Shown here piece after piece: positions 16,602-25,690 of a DNA stretch of 43,917 nucleotides; position 1 is the stretch's first letter; the number at the start of each line of letters is the position of its first letter. The notes under the pieces were generated by a model that saw nothing but the letters and a program-made list of their open reading frames with translations, made no database searches and was not told the origin of the DNA. The stretch comes from Candidatus Dadabacteria bacterium (GTDB taxonomy: Bacteria > Desulfobacterota_D > UBA1144 > Nemesobacterales > CSP1-2): assembly GCA_023250035.1 (NCBI GenBank), contig JAHFBK010000003.1, positions 1-43,917 on the forward strand, written 5' to 3'. The position numbers and the translations under genes were made by a program.

Positions 16602-18287
16602 TCATACCTCCTTGATTATGGATTTTAACTTTTCACCCAACACGTCTCCAAGCTTTACAGAACCATCTCCTTGAGAAGATAGAAAACTAGAAACCCTCTC
16701 TTTCTCTAGCCATTCTTCATACCTCCTCTTGCTGAGATTAACTTGACGCTTCACCTTATCAAGCCCTATTACCAGGGCTGTGAGCTCGTCCCCTACTTTA
16801 ATGAGTTTAGATAATTCCTTTGACCCTTCTCGGCTGAATTCCGAGGCTCTTATAAATCCTTGTAACCCGTTTTCAAGCCCAACCAATATCCCAGCTTCTC
16901 TTATGTCTATAACCTTTCCACTTAAGTTGGTTTCTTGAGGCTTGTAACTTTCAAGCGCATCCTCCCACGGGTCTTCTGTTAGTTGCTTGATTCCTAGTTT
17001 GATCCTTTGGTTCTTCACATCGACATCAATAACAAAAACGTCTACTGTATCCCCGACTGTGAACGTATCCTGTGGGTTTACTCTACCTTTCCATGAAATA
17101 TCGGAGGCGTGAACTAATCCTACCAAATCCTCTTCAACCTCAACGAATATACCTTTATCTATTACATTTTTAATCTTCCCTTTTATTCTTGTTCTAGATG
17201 GATTCCTTTCTTTGAATAATTCCCATGGGCTTGGCTCAATGCGTCGTAGGCTGAGTGCGATTCTTCTTTTCTCAACATCAACCTCAATCACAATCACCTC
17301 TACACGACTCCCAACATGTACTAACTCCTTTGGATGTCTGAACCTCTTAGTCCATGTTATTTCAGAGACGTGGACTAACCCTTCAACACCCGGTTCAAGC
17401 TCAACAAACACACCAAAATCCGTTGTTGAAACTACCTTACCCCTAACCTTTACCCCTGGCTTATATCTTATATCAGTAAAAGTCCAAGGGTCAGGCTTTA
17501 TCTGTTTAAGTCCGAGATAGATTTTTCCATTTTCTTCAATCCTTAATACTCTAACCTTTATTTCTTCATTTATCGGTACTATATCACTCGGGTGTTTTAC
17601 CCTCCCCCACGATAACTCACTTATTGGTATGAATCCCTCAACTCCACCCAAGTCAACAATTACTCCACGGTCGACGATTTTTATAACCTTGCATGAAACG
17701 ATTTTCCCCTCTTTTAGCGATGAAAGGGCCCTCTTTCTTTGTATCTCCTTTTGTTCCTCTAGGTATGCTTTTCTTGATAGGACCATCCCCTCGTTTGATA
17801 GTTTTACAATCTTTGCTTCCAGTATTTTCCCAATGTATTGATCAAGATCACCGTGAGGTTTAAGGTCTACCTGGGATGAAGGAAGAAACGCACGTATTTC
17901 AACATCATCCCCAACATCTGCTATAAGACCTCCTTTTACCTTTTCAATGATTTTTCCAGTGACTAATTTTCCGCTAGCGAATAATTGTTCTAACCTTTCA
18001 GATTCCTTAAAAAGATCTGCTCTTCTTTTCGACAGCGTAGGAAGGCCCTCTTCGCCCCTCCATTTCTCAAGAATCACCTCAACCTCGTCTCCAACGTTAA
18101 CCTTAAGGCCTCCATTCTTTCCATAAAATTCGACTATAGGTGCGATCCCCTCGGACTTAAAACCAAAATCAATAAATACCTCTTCATCGTCAACACGTAC
18201 AACTTTTCCTTTAAATATCTTCCCTCTATCTGGGATACGAAGACTTTCTTCAAGAAGCTCTGAAAAATTCTTTTCTTCCATACGCAT
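16602..18287 (-). CDS. rpsA: 30S ribosomal protein S1
   Basis: 561 aa with six tandem S1 OB-fold repeats (G.V..V...G.FV.L..G..G..H.SE pattern recurs). The start may be Met3. Confidence 0.9.
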   Translation of the reverse strand: MRMEEKNFSELLEESLRIPDRGKIFKGKVVRVDDEEVFIDFGFKSEGIAPIVEFYGKNGGLKVNVGDEVEVILEKWRGEEGLPTLSKRRADLFKESERLEQLFASGKLVTGKIIEKVKGGLIADVGDDVEIRAFLPSSQVDLKPHGDLDQYIGKILEAKIVKLSNEGMVLSRKAYLEEQKEIQRKRALSSLKEGKIVSCKVIKIVDRGVIVDLGGVEGFIPISELSWGRVKHPSDIVPINEEIKVRVLRIEENGKIYLGLKQIKPDPWTFTDIRYKPGVKVRGKVVSTTDFGVFVELEPGVEGLVHVSEITWTKRFRHPKELVHVGSRVEVIVIEVDVEKRRIALSLRRIEPSPWELFKERNPSRTRIKGKIKNVIDKGIFVEVEEDLVGLVHASDISWKGRVNPQDTFTVGDTVDVFVIDVDVKNQRIKLGIKQLTEDPWEDALESYKPQETNLSGKVIDIREAGILVGLENGLQGFIRASEFSREGSKELSKLIKVGDELTALVIGLDKVKRQVNLSKRRYEEWLEKERVSSFLSSQGDGSVKLGDVLGEKLKSIIKEV

Positions 18288-18347
18288 CTCTTAATTGGTT
18301 ATATTTAACCGCATAGCCTCCGGTAGTTATCGTTGCAAACTATAATC

Positions 18348-19199
18348 CTAAGCCTTCTCGAGACCATTGAGTATTTCTTCAATGATCCAAGACGGAGTTG
18401 AAGCACCTGCAGTAACCCCGATCGTTTTTTCATTCAGGTCTAGGCCTAAAGAAGGAACCTCATCGGCCGTTTCTATTTGATAGGTGTTTGGGTTTACCTC
18501 ATGGCAGAGCTTTGCGATCTTTGTTGTATTTGAGCTGTTCTTTCCGCCTATTACAATCATCACATCCACTGATTTAGCAATCTCAACGGCTTCACGTTGC
18601 TTGTTAAAAATATCATCGCATATGGTATTAAAAATCTTTATTTCTTCTACACTTCTTTGAAGAAACTCTTCCACCACTTCACGGAATCTGTCAAAGGCAA
18701 TAGTAGTTTGCGCGACGATCCCAACCCTTTTCTTCAAAAATACCTGATCTTCTAATTCAGATTTACTATCTACTACCATGACGTTTTCAGGATCTGCGTA
18801 GCTTATGGCGCCAATAATTTCGGGATGGTTTTTATCACCAACTATTACTATAAAATATGCCTCCTCAGCGAGTCTCTTCACAGAGTGTTGAAGCTTCTTA
18901 ACAATCGGGCATGTAAGGTCAACGACATTAAGCCCTCTCTCTTTTGCTACGCTGAGTGTTCCTAAAGGTACGCCATGGGCACGAATCATCACAGTGCCAC
19001 TAGGGGCGTCTTCAAATTTGTCTATGACCTTTACACCCTTTTCTTCAAGGTGCCTTACGACCTGGGGATTATGGATTATGGGACCAAATGAATATACATC
19101 CTCTTCCGATTTATCTGTAACCTCATAAGATTTTTTTAACGCCCTTTCCACTCCAAAGCACACGCCAGCCGTCTCAGCCAATATGATTTTTTTACTCAT
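18348..19199 (-). CDS. ispH: 4-hydroxy-3-methylbut-2-enyl diphosphate reductase
   Basis: 283 aa with GVCFGVERA, IHNPQVV, LTCPIV and TICDDI motifs (Cys ligands). Confidence 0.9.
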   Translation of the reverse strand: MSKKIILAETAGVCFGVERALKKSYEVTDKSEEDVYSFGPIIHNPQVVRHLEEKGVKVIDKFEDAPSGTVMIRAHGVPLGTLSVAKERGLNVVDLTCPIVKKLQHSVKRLAEEAYFIVIVGDKNHPEIIGAISYADPENVMVVDSKSELEDQVFLKKRVGIVAQTTIAFDRFREVVEEFLQRSVEEIKIFNTICDDIFNKQREAVEIAKSVDVMIVIGGKNSSNTTKIAKLCHEVNPNTYQIETADEVPSLGLDLNEKTIGVTAGASTPSWIIEEILNGLEKA

Positions 19200-19879
19200 C
19201 TAAGATTATGACCCTCCATAATGGTTTTCATTATCATTTCTACCGCTGTGTCAACTGTAAGATTAGTTGTATCTATTATGACTGCATCGGGAGCAGGATG
19301 CAAGGGTGACTCCAAGCGTTCTTTATCTTGTTTATCCCTTCCTTCTATATTGCTTTTTACCTCCTCAATACTTACCTTAATCCCGCTTTCCTTTAGTTGA
19401 ATTCGCCTTCTTCTTGCACGTTCAGACAAAGAAGCGTCAACGTAGAACTTAAAATCTGCGTTAGGGAATACATAGGTTCCCATGTCTCTTCCCTCGGCCA
19501 CGATGTTACCTTTTCGGGCAATTCTCCTTTGCATTCCCCTAAGATAGTCCCTTACTACCTTTTTAGTAGCAACATCTGAAGAAAGTTTGGAGATCTCTGG
19601 GGTGCGGATTTCCTCTGTCACATCTTCCCTGTTTAGAAATACCCTCGGATTGGAATTTTGGTCTCTTTCAAAAGAGATATGGGTTTGTAACAGCATCTCT
19701 GATAGCCTTTTTTCGTTATCAATATTAATATTCTTTCTATGTACTAATAGTGCAATTGCTCTATACATAGCCCCAGTATCCAGATATGAATATCTAAGCC
19801 TTTTTGCTATGGCTCGAGCAAGTGTGCCCTTTCCTGCCCCCGAAGGTCCATCAACGGTTATTATAATACCTCTTTTCAT
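19196..19879 (-). CDS. cmk: cytidylate kinase
   Basis: 227 aa with P-loop DGPSGAGKGT, YLDTGAMYR and GRDMGT. It overlaps ispH by 4 nt. Confidence 0.9.
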   Translation of the reverse strand: MKRGIIITVDGPSGAGKGTLARAIAKRLRYSYLDTGAMYRAIALLVHRKNINIDNEKRLSEMLLQTHISFERDQNSNPRVFLNREDVTEEIRTPEISKLSSDVATKKVVRDYLRGMQRRIARKGNIVAEGRDMGTYVFPNADFKFYVDASLSERARRRRIQLKESGIKVSIEEVKSNIEGRDKQDKERLESPLHPAPDAVIIDTTNLTVDTAVEMIMKTIMEGHNLR

Positions 19880-19889
19880 CAGAATTACT

Positions 19890-19961
19890 TAGCCACGGAG
19901 AACACAGAGTTCACAGGGAGGAAAGTTTTATTCTCTTTGTACTCTGTGACCTCTGTGGCTA
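19890..19961. repeat. 72 bp imperfect hairpin element (TAGCCAC..GAG..CACAGAG type), copy 1
   Basis: The left arm TAGCCACGGAGAACACAGAGTTCACAGGGA pairs imperfectly (about 24/30) with the right arm TCTCTTTGTACTCTGTGACCTCTGTGGCTA. A T-run follows. It fills the aroA-cmk gap. A related copy lies at 42408-42486. Confidence 0.55.
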
Positions 19962-19967
19962 GTTTTT

Positions 19968-21275
19968 TCACCCCCTAAGTCTTCTCATCACATCAAAGAA
20001 TCCGGGGAAAGATACAGATACGCAATCGCCCCCTTCAATCACGGTAGTACCCTTAGCACGGGTTCCAGCAACAGCAAGAGCCATAGCAACTCTATGGTCT
20101 CCCCAGCTTGAGCATTCTCCACCTATTAGGTCTTCTTTTCCCCTGATTGCCATTCCATCATCTAACTCTTCAACCTCAGCTCCCAGTTTTTTTAACTCTG
20201 TTGTCATAGCCTTAATCCGGTCAGTCTCTTTTACTCTTAGTTCTTTTGCGTCTGTTATTATAGTTTCACCCTCAGCGAAGCATGCAGCCACTGCGATTAC
20301 AGGAAGCTCGTCTATTGCCTTGGGGATTATATCGCCTTTTATCTCAGTGGCTTTTAATGTGCTTGCCCTGACCAATATGTCTCCTACAGGTTCCCCGCTT
20401 TCATCCCTTTTATTAATAATTTCGATGAATCCATCCATTTTTCTTAATATTTCTATAGCGCCAATTCTATCTGGATTTATTCCTACGTTTTTAATTAGGA
20501 TTTCAGAGCCGGGGTTGATTAGTGCGGCAACTATGAAAAAGGCTGCTGAAGAGATGTCGGCGGGGACTGATATCTCAGCCCCTTTAAAATCTTCTCCGCT
20601 TCTGATTTTTACGGAAGCGCTATTTCTCTCAATATGAACCCCACAATGAGTAAGCATCCTTTCTGTATGGTCTCTCGTAGGTGTTGGCTCAATTACCTCA
20701 GTCTCCCCTTGAGCATAAAGCCCTGCAAGAAGAAGAGCGGATTTTACCTGAGCGCTTGGTGCCGGTAACTCATACCGTATGCCTGACAACTTCGTTCCTT
20801 GGATAGCTAGCGGGAGCCTTTTCCCTCCGTCACGTCCCCAGATTCTTGCCCCCATTAGAGTCAGGGGTTTCACAACCCTCTCCATTGGTCTAACCCTCAA
20901 ATATTTATCTCCGGTGATCGTGCTGAAGAATTTTTGCGCACTTAGTAACCCCGTAAGTAGTCTTGCCGTGGTTCCCGAGTTTTCTGCATCAATTGTATCC
21001 TCGGGCTCATTAAGTTCAATAAGCCCTTTACCCTTGATTTCGACATTATTTCCCTGAATTTCAATCGGGACTCCGAGCAGCCTCATAGCATTTACAGTAG
21101 ATAGGGTATCGCCACAGGAGAGAAAACCGTTGACAGTAGTCATTCCTTTTGCAAGGGAACCTATAATAACCGCTCTGTGGGATATGGATTTGTCCCCAGG
21201 AGGAGTGAATTCTCCCCTTAAAGGAATAGAATCGCCCTTAATCGTTTCTTGAGACATGAAACTAAAAATTACCAT
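19968..21275 (-). CDS. aroA: 3-phosphoshikimate 1-carboxyvinyltransferase (EPSP synthase)
   Basis: 435 aa with PGDKSISHRA, NSGTTARLL and DHRVAMA motifs. The true start may be the Met at 21257. Confidence 0.9.
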   Translation of the reverse strand: MVIFSFMSQETIKGDSIPLRGEFTPPGDKSISHRAVIIGSLAKGMTTVNGFLSCGDTLSTVNAMRLLGVPIEIQGNNVEIKGKGLIELNEPEDTIDAENSGTTARLLTGLLSAQKFFSTITGDKYLRVRPMERVVKPLTLMGARIWGRDGGKRLPLAIQGTKLSGIRYELPAPSAQVKSALLLAGLYAQGETEVIEPTPTRDHTERMLTHCGVHIERNSASVKIRSGEDFKGAEISVPADISSAAFFIVAALINPGSEILIKNVGINPDRIGAIEILRKMDGFIEIINKRDESGEPVGDILVRASTLKATEIKGDIIPKAIDELPVIAVAACFAEGETIITDAKELRVKETDRIKAMTTELKKLGAEVEELDDGMAIRGKEDLIGGECSSWGDHRVAMALAVAGTRAKGTTVIEGGDCVSVSFPGFFDVMRRLRG

Positions 21276-21464
21276 TTCTACAAAAGGTGGGCAATAAGTA
21301 AAAAGAGCCGGGATGAGAAAAGAGATTACAGAAAAAAGATTTCATACAAAAACTTGACATAATGACAATGTCTATTTTGCATAAAAACGGTTCAAAACAA
21401 CCGATTTTTATACCAATGCAAATACAAAAAGCATTGGAAAACAAAGCTTAAAGGAGGGACCACT

Positions 21465-22235
21465 ATGAAAGGAATGAAATGTTTTGTTTATTTGGTAATT
21501 CTGATTTTTAGCTTGGGTGCCTATGCTATCGAGTCGGCAGCCCAAAACTTAATTGCCACCTGTGCTGATGATCCTGGTGCTCCGGGTTCATATATGCTCA
21601 CCGCAAACCTTTCATCTTCAGGCAACTGTTTGGAGGTGGGAGCCGCTAATGTCACGATAGACCTGAACGGCTTCCAGATAGAGAAGACGGCGGGAGGTGG
21701 GTTAACGGCTGGGATCAAATTCTCAAACTCACTTTTGGACCCGCAAGGGATTACAGTCCGCAACGGGACGATCAAAGGGTTTTCGTTCGGTATCAACCTA
21801 AGCGGGGGTCGTAGTTGCCTGGTTGAGAATATAAGTGCCAGGGATAACACTTCAGCAGGTATTCGTGTAGATAGTGGTTGTACCGTTAGAAATAACATTG
21901 CTGTTGACAATTTAGGGAGCGGTATAGTAGCATCCGAGGCCAATATCATTAGCGGTAACACCGCCTACTCTAATGACCTTGACGGGATAGATGTCGGTTC
22001 AGATAATCTTATAAGTAACAACAACGCCAGCCTTAACGCTCGTGATGGTATATCCACTAATGGTTTCGGTTTTCAAAATCTCATTAGCGGTAACACCACC
22101 AGCGGTAACGGTCAGGACGGGATACAGATTGACTGTCCGAGTAACCTTACTGGAAACATAGCGCAGGGTAATGGAGTTATGAATGTTAACCTGATTGGCC
22201 TAGGTTGTAAGCGCTTTGGTGATAACCTTTTCTGA
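21465..22235 (+). CDS. secreted parallel beta-helix repeat (PbH1-like) protein
   Basis: 256 aa with signal peptide MKGMKCFVYLVILIFSLGAYA and repeated N-x-(I/A)-x-x-N...DGI turns (ISGNTAYSNDLDGIDV, ISNNNASLNARDGIST, ISGNTTSGNGQDGIQI). More G+C-rich than its neighbours. Confidence 0.7.
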   Translation: MKGMKCFVYLVILIFSLGAYAIESAAQNLIATCADDPGAPGSYMLTANLSSSGNCLEVGAANVTIDLNGFQIEKTAGGGLTAGIKFSNSLLDPQGITVRNGTIKGFSFGINLSGGRSCLVENISARDNTSAGIRVDSGCTVRNNIAVDNLGSGIVASEANIISGNTAYSNDLDGIDVGSDNLISNNNASLNARDGISTNGFGFQNLISGNTTSGNGQDGIQIDCPSNLTGNIAQGNGVMNVNLIGLGCKRFGDNLF

Positions 22236-22293
22236 AATTATTGCTTTATCAAAACCGTCCGTCGTTCTGCTGGTTTAAGCGAAACATTCAAAT

Positions 22294-22321
22294 GTAGGGG
22301 CACGTTGCAACGTGCCCCTAC
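22294..22321. repeat. REP-like palindrome GTAGGGGCACGT-TGCA-ACGTGCCCCTAC
   Basis: Perfect 12 bp stem with a 4 nt loop, framed by GTAG/CTAC, 15 bp from the left inverted repeat of the RAYT unit. Confidence 0.8.
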
Positions 22322-22336
22322 CATAAACAAAGGTAA

Positions 22337-23356
22337 GGGGTCAGGCTTTGGTTATTTGATTATTTATCTAGCGAGTCCCCTTGTCATATCCCTCAATTGT
22401 TTTTGTAACACTATGTCTGTCTCCAACTCCTTCCTAATCTGATTAACTGCTATACTTAATGTTGATAAATCTCTCCTAACTATTCTCGCATATTCACTAA
22501 GAGACCCATCCCCATATTCCGCCACCATAAATGCTATAATACCCCTAACCCTCGATAATTCCCTCTGCCTGCTGAGTGAAATTAACTCTTCTCTCTTTAC
22601 TTTAAATTTTTTGCATACTAAATCTATAATATCTTCTACTTTGTATTTCTTCTCTAACCTCATATACACTTGTCCTAACACTTGTTCTATAAATCTATCG
22701 TCTCCCAATATCCTTCCCTCTTCTGATCCATAATGAAACTCCCTTCTGTATACGCCATCCAATCCCTCAAAAATGAACTCCTCGTACTTTCTTCGTGCTG
22801 TTTTTTGCCTCTTCGAAAATTGAGATAATACATATTCAATTGTTAACCATCTATTTGATTTTCTCCCTAAATAGCATAAATGCCCACTCCACTCATAATC
22901 TTCTGGTAATTTCTTTATCTTAGCCCTCACCGGATTAAGATGTATATATCTTACTAATTCTAGCAAATATCTTTCTTCATCAATCAAAATAGCCTTATAT
23001 CTTCCTTGAAACAGATGGCCTATTCTTGAAATCTTTTTATTTATGTAATTTGTATAGCGAAAGGATAAGTTCTGGATTATTTTTGATAAAGATACCTCAG
23101 ATACTTGAATTAACATATGAACATGATTGCTCATCCAGCAATATGCATGAATTCTGTGTTTGAATCGATCTATTCCATTTTGAACCAAATTTTCGAAATA
23201 ATTTCGATCCTGATCTGAGAAGAAGATATCTTGTCCATCATTACCTCTCAGAATTACATGGTAAAAACCACCAGGTATATAAATCCTCGGTTTCCTTACC
23301 ATAGAATAGAGATTATCATGACAAATTCAATAATCAAATAAGCAAAGCCTGACCCC
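22337..23356 (-). mobile_element. RAYT-like transposase gene bracketed by 28 bp inverted repeats
   Basis: GGGGTCAGGCTTTGGTTATTTGATTATT (22337-22364) matches the reverse complement of AATAATCAAATAAGCAAAGCCTGACCCC (23329-23356) at 27/28. The transposase ORF lies exactly between them, with its stop codon at the inner edge of the left repeat. Confidence 0.7.
22364..23302 (-). CDS. IS200-like HUH/Tyr (Y1) transposase, RAYT-like, with a C-terminal DnaA-domain-IV-like HTH
   Basis: 312 aa with GGFYHVILRGN, the HUH motif SNHVHMLIQV, LFQGRYKAILI (candidate catalytic Tyr) and YIHLNPVRA. The C-terminal ELISLSRQRELSRVRGIIAFMVAEYGDGSLSEYARIVRRDLSTLSIAV resembles the DnaA C-terminal HTH. Confidence 0.8.
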   Translation of the reverse strand: MVRKPRIYIPGGFYHVILRGNDGQDIFFSDQDRNYFENLVQNGIDRFKHRIHAYCWMSNHVHMLIQVSEVSLSKIIQNLSFRYTNYINKKISRIGHLFQGRYKAILIDEERYLLELVRYIHLNPVRAKIKKLPEDYEWSGHLCYLGRKSNRWLTIEYVLSQFSKRQKTARRKYEEFIFEGLDGVYRREFHYGSEEGRILGDDRFIEQVLGQVYMRLEKKYKVEDIIDLVCKKFKVKREELISLSRQRELSRVRGIIAFMVAEYGDGSLSEYARIVRRDLSTLSIAVNQIRKELETDIVLQKQLRDMTRGLAR

Positions 23357-23502
23357 ATTTTTCGTTAACAATGATAGGAAGGGTATTTAACTTGACAGTT
23401 ACTCCTACCTCCCATAATCTACAAGCTAAATTGGGCACGGGGATTAAATAAATCTAACTTAAGTTCATTGTCCTATTATAAAAACCTAAAGAAGGTTTAA
23501 AA

Positions 23503-24441
23503 ATGATTACAGCCCTTGGCGGAGGGGTCGGAGCGGCTAAGTTTCTAAAGGGTCTCTCTCGAATCCTCGAAGGAGAACTATTTACTACAATAGTCAATAC
23601 TGGAGATGATATAGCAATCTCTGGGTTACGAATATCTCCAGATATCGACACAATAATTTACAGGCTTTCAGGGTTGGTAGATAAAGAAAAAGGGTGGGGG
23701 ATTAAGGAAGATACTTTTCATGGCTTGGAAGCGCTTGGGAGGTTCGGCGTCGAAACCTGGTTTAAGCTTGGCGATAAAGATCTCGCAACCCATATTTACA
23801 GAACCTATTTAAGAAATAGAGGGTTTACCCCCTCTGAGATCACAAATGGAGTCGCCAAGGCATTCGGAATCAATAATATTATGATCATTCCAATGACCGA
23901 TGATGAGGTAGAAACCCGGGTCATGACTGATGAAGGTGAGATGCACATTCAGGAATATCTGGTTAAAAGCGGTATGAAACCTAAGGTAAAGGGGATATCA
24001 ATAAAGGGAATAGAGAACGCAAGGCCAGCCCCTGGTGTAATTCAGGCGATAGAGGAGGCAAGTGGGATCATCGTTTGTCCAAGTAATCCTATTATTAGTA
24101 TTGGCCCAATATTGCAGGTTAGGGGGGTTAGAGAAGCACTTAAAAGAACACGGGCAAAGGTTATAGCAATCAGCCCCCTTGTAGGTGGGGCGCCCTTAAA
24201 GGGACCCGCAGACAAGCTGATGAGGGGTTTAGGGTTAGAGGTTTCATCAGCACAGATAGCAAGGCTATATGGGGATTTTTTAGATGAGATCGTAATTGAT
24301 GAAAAGGATGCCTTTGAGGCGGATACAATAAGGTCAATCGGGATAAAACCCCTAGTTGCAGATACTGTGATGTCAAATGACGAAAAGGCCGAGAGGCTTG
24401 CTAGGCGGGTATTGGAGCGTTTTGAGGACACCAGCATATAG
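23503..24441 (+). CDS. cofD: 2-phospho-L-lactate transferase (F420 biosynthesis)
   Basis: 312 aa with N-terminal MITALGGGVGAAKFLKGL, NTGDD and CPSNPIISIGPIL, the typical CofD/FbiA pattern. Confidence 0.85.
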   Translation: MITALGGGVGAAKFLKGLSRILEGELFTTIVNTGDDIAISGLRISPDIDTIIYRLSGLVDKEKGWGIKEDTFHGLEALGRFGVETWFKLGDKDLATHIYRTYLRNRGFTPSEITNGVAKAFGINNIMIIPMTDDEVETRVMTDEGEMHIQEYLVKSGMKPKVKGISIKGIENARPAPGVIQAIEEASGIIVCPSNPIISIGPILQVRGVREALKRTRAKVIAISPLVGGAPLKGPADKLMRGLGLEVSSAQIARLYGDFLDEIVIDEKDAFEADTIRSIGIKPLVADTVMSNDEKAERLARRVLERFEDTSI

Positions 24442-24570
24442 GAACGCCATCCCTTCGATGTTCTCAGGACAGGCTTGGCGGAGGGCATGACCGAAGAGGA
24501 GATTCTTAGAGCGTTTCCTGATCTGTAACGTGAGGATATACGCAATACTCTGCTGGTGAATGCGTATCAG
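24442..24570 (+). pseudogene. DUF433-type antitoxin C-terminal remnant with an in-frame stop
   Basis: Hand translation in the cofD frame right after its stop: ERHPFDVLRTGLAEGMTEEEILRAFPDL*REDIRNTLLVNAYQ. This resembles the DUF433 C-terminus (..G.s.eeIl..yP.Lt.edi..al.ya). TAA at 24526-24528 interrupts it, and there is no N-terminal part or start. Confidence 0.4.
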
Positions 24571-24579
24571 TTACATAGT

Positions 24580-24801
24580 TCATTTATGTTCATAGGGAAA
24601 AAGGGGTTTTTTAGCTTTAGTAAATAGCGATTCATCAATTTGAATATCTTTCCAAATTCCTTTGAGCGAGCCACGATTTCCCGTCTTTTTGGTCTTTGGT
24701 ATCAACTTAGTAGTCAATAAATGAATTATTTTATGTAATTGAGGAATCTTATCGTCTGGTACTTTTTCTATTTCTTTTAAGAGCCGTTTCTTATAGCTCA
24801 T
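24580..24801 (-). CDS. orphan small antitoxin-like protein (DUF2281-like)
   Basis: 73 aa with an N-terminal LLKEIEKVPDDKIPQLHKIIHLL and a C-terminal GSLKGIWKDIQIDESLF, patterns I associate with DUF2281-type antitoxins. No toxin ORF follows. Confidence 0.4.
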   Translation of the reverse strand: MSYKKRLLKEIEKVPDDKIPQLHKIIHLLTTKLIPKTKKTGNRGSLKGIWKDIQIDESLFTKAKKPLFPYEHK

Positions 24802-24876
24802 GTTTTATACCTTTTTAAACTTTTTCCATATTAACCTCAATATATATCAATTGACGGTATAAAATCAGGTTTGATT

Positions 24877-24885
24877 TGATATAAT
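24877..24885 (+). promoter_or_regulatory. candidate extended -10 promoter for cofE-cofG-cofH-frhB-like
   Basis: TGATATAAT (TGnTATAAT) lies about 50 nt upstream of the preferred cofE ATG at 24935. There is no good -35. Confidence 0.3.
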
Positions 24886-24934
24886 AGTTATGCTTAGCTA
24901 TAGCTGGACTGAACTTGATGTTCAAGGAACACAA

Positions 24935-25690
24935 ATGCCAAATAGCATTTCAATCATACCACTTTTGGGAATTCCTGAGATTAAACCAGGGGATAATCTG
25001 GTAAAGATGTCAATTGATGCTGCGTTTAAGCAAGATGTGACTATAGAAGACAGAGACATTCTAGTTTTCGCTCAGAAGATAGTTTCAAAATCAGAGGGGC
25101 GGATTGTAAATATAAGCGAGGCTTCTCCATCCCCTTTTGCTCTAGAGATCGGAAAACTACTTGACAAAGACCCCCGAATTGTGGAAATAATACTAGGAGA
25201 ATCCCGAAGAATTGTTAAAATGGATAGGGGAAGACTGATAGTAGAAAACACAAAAGGGATTGTTTGTGCTAATGCAGGTGTAGATATGTCGAATGTAAGC
25301 GGAGGAATGGAAGCAACTCTACTTCCAAAAGACCCTGATGAATCTGCAAAAAGGTTCGCAGAAGAATTCAAAAAAGAACTCGGAGTTGATGTGGCGGTAA
25401 TAATAACGGATACTGTAGGGAGACCATGGAGGGATGGTCTTGTTCAGATAGCAATTGGATGCTATGGAATCAGTCCTTTAAAGGACTATAGGGGTAAGAA
25501 AGATTCTAAAGGATACGACCTTCGTGCAACGGCACTCGCTGTAGCAGACGAAATCTCCTCTGCTGCAGGATTGGTAATGGGAAAGACTGAAGGGGTGCCA
25601 GTTGCAATAGTGAGGGGATATGAGTACGAAAGGAGTAAAGAAGGCGCAAAATTGCTTTTGAGGGATCCAGATAATGACCTCTTTCGTTAA
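24935..25690 (+). CDS. cofE: coenzyme F420-0:L-glutamate ligase
   Basis: 251 aa from MPNSISIIPLLGIPEIKPGDNL (AAGGA upstream), with AQKIVSKSEGR, CANAGVDMSNV and ITDTVGRPWR motifs. The ORF track extends to 24890, but that start would precede the candidate promoter. Confidence 0.8.
   Translation: MPNSISIIPLLGIPEIKPGDNLVKMSIDAAFKQDVTIEDRDILVFAQKIVSKSEGRIVNISEASPSPFALEIGKLLDKDPRIVEIILGESRRIVKMDRGRLIVENTKGIVCANAGVDMSNVSGGMEATLLPKDPDESAKRFAEEFKKELGVDVAVIITDTVGRPWRDGLVQIAIGCYGISPLKDYRGKKDSKGYDLRATALAVADEISSAAGLVMGKTEGVPVAIVRGYEYERSKEGAKLLLRDPDNDLFR

Noticed and set aside
21262-21444. 60 aa minus-strand ORF between aroA and the beta-helix gene.
   Set aside because: It is Cys/Phe/Ile-rich with no RBS, and it lies in what is most simply the divergent promoter region.
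24042-24545. 167 aa minus-strand ORF. The same class includes 21521-21961, 28460-28867, 28764-29117, 17212-17520, 43170-43601, 20320-20637, 31608-31961, 6889-7245 and 4020-4427.
   Set aside because: All lie antisense to, or out of frame within, genes with strong family signatures. They have Ser/Leu/Pro-rich low-complexity translations and lack RBS signals. These are shadow ORFs.
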